A stretch of 64,000 bases of DNA from NCBI GenBank assembly GCA_014905635.1, contig JABVCE010000007.1, forward strand, positions 806,001-870,000, read 5' to 3'. The stretch comes from Scenedesmus sp. PABB004 (Eukaryota). The notes under the pieces were generated by a model. The model searched no databases, was not told the DNA's origin, and saw only the letters and a list, made by a program, of their open reading frames with translations. How positions within the stretch are numbered: position 1 is the stretch's first letter; each line of letters opens with the position of its first letter. The position numbers and the translations under genes are program-made. Shown piece by piece: positions 48,538-59,100 of this stretch.

Positions 48538-50543
48538 ATGCTGCCGCTGGCAGCGTGCACCGCGGCCGGCGGACGGGCCGGGCCGCTGCGCGCGGCGGCG
48601 GCGCTGGCAGCAGCGGCGGCGAGTGGTGGCGACAGGGCGCGCAGCGTGCACGTCCTGGCCTGGTGAGCAGCGTGTGCGAGTGCCTGAGCTGCTCGGAACG
48701 CCCTAGAAAAGCCTGCAGGGCGCCGCCGCCGTGCGCTGGCGGGCCGCGCCGCTGGCGCGGACGTGCACAAAATCATGCCGTGGCGCCGCCGCGCAGGGGC
48801 CGCAACGCGGAGCTCCAGTGCGCCGTCGAGGGCGGCCTGCCGATAGTGGCGCGCCCGACGCCGGTGCTGGAGCTGCACGGCCTGCCGGTTCTTGGGCTGG
48901 CGGCCGGCCCGCTCAGCTCGGCGGCGGTCGCGGGCGCGGCGGGCGCGTGGACGTGGGGCGACGGCACCGCGGGCGCGCTGGGCCACGGCAGCGCGGGCCG
49001 CGTGGCGGCGCCGTGCCGCGTCGAGGCGCTCGCGGGCGGCCGCGCGGCGGCGCTGCGCGGCGTGTCGCTGGGGCACTCGCACGCCCTCTTCGTTGACGCC
49101 GCGGGCGCGCTCTGGGCGTGCGGCGAGGGCAAAGAGGGGCAGCTGGGCCTCTCGCAGCCGCTGCAGGAGCTCGCGGCGCAGCACCGGCGGGCCTGGGCCG
49201 AGGCGCAGCTGCCCGGCGGGGCGCGGCGGTCGGGCGCGGAGCGCGCCGCGCAGCTGCTCAGGGCGGCGGCGCCCGAGCCGGCAGGCCACGTCGCGCAGGG
49301 CTGGGGAAGCCTGGGGGGCCCCGGCGGCGGTGGCCAGGCGCGGCAGCAGCTCGCGGCGGCGCTGCAGTCCAGCGGCGGCAGCGCCGCGCGGCGCGGCTGG
49401 CCGTCCGCGAGCGGCCTCGGCGGGGGCCTGTTTGGCGGCGGCAGCGGCACCGACCTCGGCATCAGCCTGGGCGCGTGGGGCGGCGGCGCAGACCTGGAAG
49501 CGCACCTGCACGGCGTGGGCCTGCAGCCAGGCCAGTACGGCACGCCCGCGCGCGTCGGCGGCGGCAGCTGCGCCTCGCTGCTGGGCCTCGGAGCGCGCGG
49601 CGGCGGCGGCGGCGCGTCGGCGGCGGCGGCAGAGGGCGAGGAGGCCGGCCTGGGCGCTGAAGTTGTGGTTGACGCCGCGGCTGGCAAGTTTTTCAGCGTT
49701 GCGGCCACCGCCAAGGGCGAGGTGTGGACATTCGGTGAGTGGGCGTCGCCGGGGCCGGCGCGGGCATCGACGGGCGCCGCCCGGCCCGCAGTGCGCCCGC
49801 CTGGCGCGAGCCCGGAAAAGGGCGCGCCGCCGCACGCGCCCTGAGGCCCAGGGCGCGCCGCCCGCCCGTCCGGCGCAGGCGCCGACTTCAACGGCGCGCT
49901 CGGCGGCGGCGACGCGAGCTGGCTGAGCTCGCCGCGCCGCGTGGCGGCGCCCATCGCCGCCGCGCTGGCCGCCGACGGCGGCGCGGTCGCCGTGGCGGCG
50001 GGGGGCACGTTTGCCGCGGCGCGCACCGCGGCGGGGAGCGTGCTGGTGTGGGGCCGGCTCGGGCCCGCGTCGCGGTCCGCGGCGCCGTTTGCGCGCGTCG
50101 CGCTGCCGCGCGGCGTGGCGGTGCGCGGCATGGCCGCAGGGCAGCAGCACCTCCTCATGACTGACGGCGCCCGCGTGTGGGCCGTGGGGCGCTGGCTGGA
50201 CGCGTCGGGCGACGAGGCCGGCGCCGCGTGCGCGTCGGCGCCGCGCGAGCTGCTCGCGCTGCCCGGCGGCGCGGGCGTGGCGCGCGTCGCGGCCGGCGCG
50301 CACGCGAGCGCCGTGGTCACCGACGACGGCGGCCTGTGGCTCTGGGGCCGCCTGCTCGACGAGCAGCACGGCCACGGCCTGCTCCGCCGCGCCGGCGGCG
50401 CCGCCGCGTCCGCGGGAGCCCCCGCGCCCGTGGACTGGCGCTGGGCGGGCTTCGGCGGCGCCGCGCCGCGCCGCGTCGAGGCGCTCGGCGCGGTGCGCGA
50501 CGTCGCGCTCGGGGGGTGGCACGCGCTGGTGCTGACCGACTGA
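48538..50543 (+). CDS. RCC1-repeat (beta-propeller) protein, possibly organelle-targeted
   Basis: VHVLAW|GRNAELQC; WTWGDGTAGALGHG; VSLGHSHALFVD..LWACGEGKEGQLG; AAAGKFFSVA..GEVWTFG; VAAGAHASAVVTDDGGLWLWG; VALGGWHALVL; 3 exons. Confidence 0.88.
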
Positions 50544-51119
50544 CTAGTCGGTCGCTCCCCCCGCGGCGACGGCCGGCGGACGCCGCGCGTGCAGCACTTG
50601 AACCCGGTGCCGGGTGGCCGCGCATGCGCGCTGCGCAGCCTCGGCAGCAGGCGCTGCGCAAGCGCTCGCGGGGCAGGGGAGCGCCAGCGGGTCTCGAGCT
50701 GCAGCGGGCAGTTCATTTCATGTTGATTTCCGGTGCGTGCGTTTGCTGCCGTGTGCGCGCGGCCACGGCCAACCAGTCAACCATTTGCCCCCCGCGTGCT
50801 GTGCTCCCGCGGCGCAGCGCGCGCCGCCGGCCAGCCGCTAATCAAGAGCCCGTCCGCCGCTAATCAAGAGCCCGGCGCACGAGCGCAGCGCCCATAACCG
50901 ACCAGAGCACCGCCAGCGCCACACAGCTCAATGCCTAGGACGAGTGCCTCCCCACGATGGCCGCGCCGCTGCTGCTGCCACGTGGCAGCATTGTGCACAA
51001 TCCAAAGGTCATGCCATGCCGGCGCCGCTGCCCCACCGCTGACTCTGAAAAAGACAGCGCAAGCCCCGGGCGTCGTACGTCAGGCCTGCGCCGCAGACTC
51101 TATCCCGCACCACCGCCGG

Positions 51120-54100
51120 TCAAGGCGTGTTGGTCTCGGGCGCGAGGAGCCCGGAGGCGCCCCACACCGCCTGCGTGGCCTTGGGGTTGAAGTTGGCGGC
51201 GGCGCGGGCGGCGGCGCGCGGCGGCGCGCGGTGAGCTCGCCCGCGCAGGCGGCCGCCGCCCCGCCCGCCACGCCCTGCCGCCACCCGCTGCCCTGCCCAG
51301 GCCCGTGCCTTGGGGTTGAAGTTGGCGTTGCTGTAGTAGCACTTGCCGGGGCACTGCGGCATGCCCGGCGGCACCGTCGCCGCGGCGATGCCCTCGGGGT
51401 CCTCAATGATGGCGATGCCCTGCGCGTGCGAGCGAGGCGCGGGAGAGGCGCGGGGGAGCGGGGAGGCGCAGGGGGAGGGGAGAGCGTGGGCGGGGCGGGG
51501 GCGTGCGTCGCGCGCGCGCCGCCGGCGGGGCGGGCGGCGGCGGGCAGCCGAGGGGTCGTGGCGGCGGCGGGCGCGCCGCACCTGCCCCATCAGCTCGTGC
51601 GCCGCGATGTGGCAGTGCAGCGGCCACACGCCGGTGTTGTCGGCCACAAACCTGCGCGCGCCGCGGCGCGGCGGGGGCCTCCGCGCGGCGCCTGCCAGCG
51701 TCGCCGGCGGCGGGGCGCGGGCGCGCGGGTGCACACCTGATGGCGACCCACGCGGCGGCGTCCTCGGTCGTGCCGTTGAAGAGCACCGTGACCGTGTCGC
51801 GCAGCACGGGTGTGGCCGAGTAGCTGGGGCCGCCGACGAGCTCGGGCGACCACGCGCCCATGCCCATGCCGACCTGCGCGCGGCGGCGGCGCGACGCGGG
51901 TGGGCAACGAGGCCGGCGCGCGCGCGAAAAGCCGTGCGGCGCCTCTGCACCTGCCATGCGTGATGCCCGTGGGTATGGAAGCTATGCTGTTCGCGTCCGT
52001 TGCGCGCGCTGGTGAGGGGCGAGGTCGTGTTGTACTCGCCGCCGTTGGCGCCGGCGCGGAGGTTTTGGATGACGATCTCGACCACCTCGCCGCGCTTGAC
52101 TGGTGGGAGCGGATTGGGGAGGCAGATTTGGGGCGACAGGGTTGGGGGGACAGGCGGGGCGCAGCTCGGGGCGCGGTTGCGCGTTGCCGGCGGCGCGGCG
52201 CGGCGGGCGGACCAACAGCAGCGCCGGTGGTGGGCGCTGCGCTCGGGGCGGCGCGGAGGGGCCGCGGCGTACAGCGGACCGTCCCCGCGCGCACCGGTGA
52301 GGACGTGGGTGCCGGCGCCGGGCTTGAGCTTGACCACGATGTCGGCGTTGGGGCCCGCGGCATCCACGACCTGGCGGTGCCCGCGGCGGCGCCGTCGGCG
52401 TCGCAAACGGCACGGCGCCCCGCCCAAAGGCCCCCTCCCTCCCGCAAACACACTCATGACACGTGACACGCGCGCGCGCACCTGGACCTTCTTGCCCTCG
52501 CCCGTCCAGGTCGCGGCGTCGCCGCCCATCTTGGTGAAGTAGAGCGCCGGGTCGAGGCCCGTGGCCTTGGCGTCCAGCGCGTTGGCGGCCGCCCAGCCGG
52601 GATCGGCGTAGACCTGCACACCACGGCGGCAGCGGACGAGGCGGCGCGCGCGCGCGTGTTGGGCCGCTCGCCGCCGGCGGGCGCGCCGCATGCTGCGCCT
52701 TTCCCCCCTCCGCACACACTGGTGTGTGAGTGTCTAACGCACCAGGTCGAGCAGCGGCTTGCAGGGCGGCGAGACCGCGTGCGCGATGTTGTCAAACGCC
52801 CAGCGCAGCACGCCGTTGGCCTCGACGAGCGGCTGCGTGCTGTAAAGCAGCACGCGCTTGGTCACGGGCCCGCTCGGCAGCGCAAACGACGGCAGCTGCG
52901 CCTTGGGCGCGAGGAACGCGGCGCTCTTGGGCCGCTTGGCCGCGTCGGCGGCGAGCAGCTCGGGGTGCGGGGCAAAGCCCATCATGACGGAGGTGTTCCA
53001 CTTCAGGTCCACCGCGGGGCCTGCCGGCCGTCGGCGGCGGCGGCGGCGGCGGCAGAAGGTGCCGGCAAACACACAGCGGTGAGTCGGTGCGTCGAGAGGG
53101 CGCGGGGGGAGCCGGCGGCGGCGGCGCGTCGCGCCCGGCGGGCGGGCGCGCGGCGGCGCGCACCCGGCTGCAGCGCGGTCACGGGGTTCGGCGGCGTGGT
53201 GCTGCCCTCGTACTGCAGCACGGCGTACGTCGCGGGCGCGCCCTTGCGGTACTGGCTCGCGACGCTGCGCGCGGCGGCGCGTGAGCGCGCGGCGGCGGCG
53301 CGTGAGCGTGCGGCGGCGGCGCGTGAGCGTGGGGCGGCGCGTGAGCGTGGGGCGGCGCGTGAGCGTGGGGCGGCGCGTGAGCGTGGGGCGGTGGTGGTGG
53401 CGGCGGCAGTCGTGGCGGCGTCTGCGCGGCAGCGTGTGCGCGGCAGCGCCTGTGCGGCAGCGCCTGCGCGGCGGCGCCTGGCGCGCGCCTGATCCAGTAG
53501 CGCCCGACGGGCTGGTTGGCCTTGAGCAGCACGTCGACGCGCTGCCCGGTGTTGACGTCGACGCACTGCGAAAAGGTCTTGGGCGCGACCGGCGCGGCGT
53601 CGAGCGCGACGACCGTGACGTCGTGCTTCTCAAAGCACACCTGCGGCGGCGGCGGCGCCGCGGCGCCGTGGGCGGGGCGGCAGCCGCGGGCTGGGCTGGG
53701 TGGCCGAGCGCGCGGCGCCGCGCCGCCGCCCGGCCGGCCCCGCGCCGTCCGGCGGGCCCCGCCCTCGCCCCGCCCCGGCCGGCAGCACGCTCCCGCTGTC
53801 CCGCCGCGGCAGCGCTCTCTCGCCGCCGCGGTGGCATCGTCATCACGCGCACCGTCATGTACAGCAGCATCGCTGCGTTGATGATCCTGAACCGCCGCGT
53901 CGTGCCGGGCTTCACGCTGAACACCTCGCGCCCGGCGCACGTCACGCCGGCTGTGCGTGCGCGAGCGCGCGCCGCGCCGCGGGGCGGGGCGCGCGTCGGC
54001 GGCAGGCGCGCCAGCGGCGGCGGGCGCGCCGGCAGCGGCGGCGACGGGCTGCCGGCGGGGCGCGCCGCCGCGCCGCACCCGGCTTGTACCCGACGCTGCA

Positions 54101-55531
54101 CGCAGGCTGCTCCGCGGTGGGGCCCAGCTGCCCCGCGACGCAGCCATTGGGCGTGAGCAGGTCCTTGGCCGCCGCCTTGTAACCGTCGGTGCGGAATGGC
54201 AGCGTCTCGTTCTCCTGCGCACCCCGGCGCGGCGCGGGCGCGGCGTGGGCCGCCCGCGGGCGCGAGGCTGCCGCGCCGCAGCGCGAGGCCTGCACGCCGC
54301 AGCGCCACGCAGCGCGCCGCAGCGCCACACAGCGCGCCTTGCGCTTGTACACGTCCTCGCACTGGTGGTAGTTGCCCTTGCCGTTGACCAGGAGCGACTT
54401 GGGCAGCCCGATCCAGCACCACGCGCCGCTGCCGTCGCTCGTGGCGCTCGCGTTGATGACCTTGGTCGGGTCAAACGGCCTGTTGAGCCGCATCGCCATG
54501 CTGTTGCCCGTGCTGTGCCACCAGTCCTGCAGGAAGAGCACGCTGGTGCCGTCGGCGGGCGTCAGCGCGGGCACGCTGTCGGGCGTGCGCACGACGAGGG
54601 GGCCCTGCAGGCCGTCCGCGCGGTTCATCTGTTGCGGCGCGCGAGCGACGGCGCGGCGGCGGCGGCGGCAGCGCGTGAGGGCATGGCTGCGCGCGCGGCG
54701 GCGGAGCGCCCCGAGGCCCGGGCGCCGCGGCGCTGGCTGCAGCATGCCCGCTGCTCAGGCGTTGGCCGTTGACCGCCCACCTGCGCGTGGCCGTGCCAGA
54801 AGTACGTCCCAGGCATCTCGTTGACCTGCGGCGCATGGCGCATGGCGCGCGGCGCGTGACACGAAGCACGGGCTCGGGGCGCTGCCGGCGGGGCGCCGCC
54901 AGCGGGGCGCCAGGGCGCCGGGGCGTCGCCGGGGCGCCGCGGTGCGCCGCGGTGCGCCGGCGCGGGGGGCGCGCCTGGAACTTGTAGGTGAACGACGCGC
55001 CGCGCGCGATGGGGCACTGGCTGACGTAGCGCGTGCCGTCCATCCAGGGGTGGCCGCGCATGCCAAAGCCGTGCCAGTGGATGGTGATGCCGCTGCTGAT
55101 CGAGGGCCAGTCGGCCGGCAGGTTGTTCTTGACCGTCATCTGCGGCGGGCGGCGGCCGGCCGCGGGGGCCGGGCGTCGCGCGCGCCGCGCGCGCCGCCGG
55201 GCGGTGGGCCGGCGCGGGCGCGCGCGGCGTGGCGCGGCGCGGCGCGTGGTGGGCGCACGCACCGCGACCCACTCGCCCTGCACGAGCGTGATCTGCGGCT
55301 GGAACTCCCCATTGACGAGGACGACCTTCCGGCTCACGCAGTCGGGCGCGAGCGTGCCCGCGGTGACGTCCATGGAGAGCTGGCGCGGGCTCGCCTCCGT
55401 GCCGGCGCCCGCGGCCTTCTGGTCCGCCGCGGCGAGGCCCCGGCCGCCGGCGGAGGCGCCGCGCGGGCCGCGAGCGCGCAGGCGAGCGCGAGCGCCGCCG
55501 CCAGCAGCGGTCCGGCACGGGCGGGGGCCAT
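51120..55531 (-). CDS. Secreted three-domain multicopper oxidase (ascorbate oxidase/laccase-like)
   Basis: Signal peptide; TIHWHG..PWMDGT.YVSQCPI; GTYFWHGH; LQDWWH; HSFHTHGH; ADNTGVWPLHCHIAAHELMGQG. Confidence 0.95.
53272..53391 (-). repeat. Intronic minisatellite (six 18-21-nt units, each containing CTCAC)
   Basis: gcggcgcgtgagcgtggg repeated on the + strand. Confidence 0.9.
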
Positions 55532-56117
55532 CCTGGCGGTTCTGGGAGGCGGCGGGAGCGGGCAGCGGGGCGTCAGGGCCGCGCCCGGCGCCGCGGCGGC
55601 GCCGGGTGCCGCGGGGGCGCCGCGCTGCTGCCCCGCGCTCTTCGCTTCGCCGCTGGCGCGATGAGGCCGCGCGGTCTGGTCGCTATCCCCGGACCGCAAG
55701 CACGCGACCAGCGCGCGACCAGCGCACCTGCTTGATGCTCGACGCCACACACACCGGCACGATCGCTCGACAGCTCCGCGGTGCAGAGCCAGGGGCCGGT
55801 TCCACGCGGCGCGGGGCAGCTCGGTCTGCGCGATCGCCGATCGCGGGCGCGGCCCGGGAGCCCGGGGAGCGCAGGCCGCGGTTTTTCGACCGACCACCTC
55901 TCTAGCTGAGGCTGCAGCTGCCCGACATCGCAGTCCTGGGGCCTGGCCCAGCAACAGACGATCCACACCTACCGCCGCGCCGCCGGGCAGCCGCCGCGCC
56001 GCGCCGCCGCCAGCGCGCCCGCCGAGCGAGCGCGGCGCTGCCTGGCTGCGACGGCGATGTGCTGCGCCGCGCCGTGAGCGCGCCTGGGCGCGTCACCGTC
56101 CGCAACGACCGGGCGGG

Positions 56118-59100
56118 ATGGGCAAGCGGCGCTACATCCACTTCAAGGCGCGGCGCCGCTGCTCGCTGCTCGCCCGCGCGCGCCCGCCCGCGGCGTGCCG
56201 CCGCCCGCGGCGGCCCCCCGCCCACGCCTGCCGGCTACAGGTGGATGACGAGCTCCCGGACGCCGCGCGCGCGCTGCTCGCGCCGGGCGGCGGCCCCGCG
56301 CGCGAGCCGCTGTCCGTGCGCTGCGGGCGCTGCGTGCGCTTCACCGGGTTCTGCCTCGTGTGCACGGGCACGGTCTTCCAGGCCGTGGTGCGACGCGCCG
56401 CCGCGGGCGCCAGCAGCGAGGGCAGCGGCGGGGGCGTGTGGGCGAGCCGGCACCGGGGGCGAGCCGGCACCGCGGCGTGGGGTTTTGACCGCCCCGCCGC
56501 GCCGGCGCCGCAGACGCCCTGGGTGCTGGCGGTCATGGAGGTGGCCACGCTGCTGCTGCTCCTGCTCCTGCTGCTGCTGCCGCGCCGCCCGCCGGGGCCC
56601 TGCATCTACAGGCGCGCACGGGCGGCGGCGCTGCGTGCGGCGGCGCCGCTGCGCGGCTGCGCCCGCGCCGCCCCGCGACGGGCCCCGCCCGGCGCGCCGG
56701 TTGACCGCCGCAGCTTTGACACGAGCCTGGAGGACCTGGTGCTGCTCGGCGTGCTGCGCGGCGCCGCGATCTGCGGGACGTACGCCTGGGGCAGCCGGCG
56801 CTACCGCCTGCGGTGCGCCGCGCCGCCCGCCGCACCCCACCCCACCTCACCTCACCTCACCTCACCTCACCTCACCTCACCCCACCTCACCTCACCTCAC
56901 CTCACCTCACCTCACCTCACCTCACCTCACCTCGCCTCGCTTCACCTCACATCACCTCACCTCACCTCACCTCACCCCACCTCGCCTCACGTCACCTCAC
57001 GTCACGTCACCCCACCTCACCCCAACCCAGGCCCTATCTGTACACCTGCTACGCGGTGGGATCGGCGGGCTTTGCGTATGCGCTGGCCAAGGCCTACGTG
57101 TTCACCTACCCCGCCGCCTGGCTGCCCTCCGCGGCGGTGCTGCTCTCATTTGCCGTCTTCAGCTGGCTCCACGTCCTCGCCGCGCGGTGCGGCCCGCGGC
57201 GCACAGCGGCGCGACGCGCGGCGCAGGGTGCGCGCCGCCGCGCCGCGCCGCCAGGCCGCCGAGCGCCGCGCGCCGCCGGCCGCGCCGCGCCGCGCAGGCA
57301 CACCGTGGTGTGGGCGCGGCGGCGCAGCCTGCTCGGCCTCGCGCCGTTCCCCTCGCTGGGCGGCATGTGGTGAGGGCCACCGGCAGCCGCTGGCAGCGCT
57401 GCACCGCGCCGCGCGCGCCCACGCGGCACGCGCCCGCGCGCCCACGCGACCCGCAGGCTCGGCGGCGAGCTCCCGCCCGGCGCGCTGCCCGGCGAGCGCG
57501 CGCCGCCGCCGGCGTGGCTGGGCGACGGCGACGCCGACGTGCCGCCCGAGTCGCTCGCGGACGCGGACAGCCTGTTTGTGGAGGTGGGCGGTCTCGTCGT
57601 GCACTACAAGGAGGCCTGGCCGGAGCAGGCCAGGGCCGCGGCGCCCTGGCCGCCGGGCGGCGCGGCGCCCTGGCCGCCGGGCAACGCGGCGCCGGCGACG
57701 CGCGGCGGCGCCGGCGGCGCCGGCGGCGCTGCGTCGTCGTCGTCGTCGTCCGCGGCGGCGGCGGCGGCGGCGCCCGGCGCGGCGTGGCTGGCGCCGCCGG
57801 CGTCGACCGACGACGCGACCGCGCTGGTGCTGATCCACAGCTTCGGAGGCGGCGTGTTTGCCTGGCGCCACGTGCTGGAGCCGCTCGCGGCGGCAGTGGG
57901 CGCGCGGGTTGTCGCGTTCGACCGCCCCGGCTTTGGTGCGCGCTGGGGGCCGCGGCGGCCCCCAGCAGCGCGCGGCCGCGGCGGCCGGCCGCGCTGCCGG
58001 CCGACGCCCGCCCGCCGACGCCCGCCCGCCCGCCCACCACGCGCGCCGACAGGCCTCACGTCCCGGCCCGAGGTCGCGGGCGCGGGCGGCGGCGCGGACG
58101 CAGTCAATCCCTACTCCATCGAGGCGCAGGCGCACCTCACGCTGCGCGTCTGCGCCGCGCTGGGCCTGCGCCGCGTGCTGCTGGTCGGCCACGCGGACGG
58201 CTGCCTCGTCGCTGTGCACGTCGCGGCGGCGGCCTGCCGCGCGGCGCGCGCGCGCGCGGCGGCGGGCGCGGCCCACGGCGCGCAGCAGGGCGACGGCGGC
58301 GGCGGGTGCGGCTGCGCGGCGGCGGCGGCGGCGGGCGCGGTGCACGGCGCGCGCCGCGGCGCCCGCCGCGCGGGCGCCGACCGCGCGCCGCCTGCCGCGC
58401 AGGCTGGGCTGTATCAACGTGCCGCTCCAGCCGGGGGCCTCGGCGGACTTCAGCTGGATGGGGTCGCTGGGCGAGGTGGGGCGGCCAGCTGCTGCTGCGG
58501 CCGCGCGCCGGCACCTGGCATGGCGAGCGCCCTGACGGCCGCGCCGCTCCGCCTCCGCCACCGCGTGTGCGCAGGACCCCACGCCGCGCGCCATCGCGCG
58601 GGCCACACAGGCGCTGCAGACCGGCGGCAGCCCCTGGTCGTTCACGTCGCCTGCCCCCAGCAGCGCGCAGCTCGGCAGCCTCGGGGACAGCGCAGCGGCG
58701 TCGCCCGACCCGTCGACCGCCGGGGCGGGCTCCGGCTCGGGCGCTGGCTCGGGATCGGGAGCGGCGCCAGCAGCAGCAGGCAGCGGCGGCGGCGCGGCGC
58801 CAGGCGCCGCTGCGGCGCCGAGCGCCGGCACGGCGCCGGCGCGGCCGTCGCCGTTCGTCGCGGAGCAGCAGCGCGGCGGCGCCAGCCGCTTGCTGGCGGA
58901 GGTGCGCGCGGGCGCCGAGGGCGCCGGGTCGGCGGGCGAGCTGGCGCAGCTGGGCGCCAACTCGCCGACCTCCTCGCTGAGCTTCCAGAGCATGCTGCTC
59001 TCCGGCGGCTCACGGCAGCAGCTCGCGAGCGGCTCAGACCCCTTCCTGTTCTGCCCGGAGGGCGACGCGGGCGGCGGCGACGGCGGCGCGGCAGACGGGC

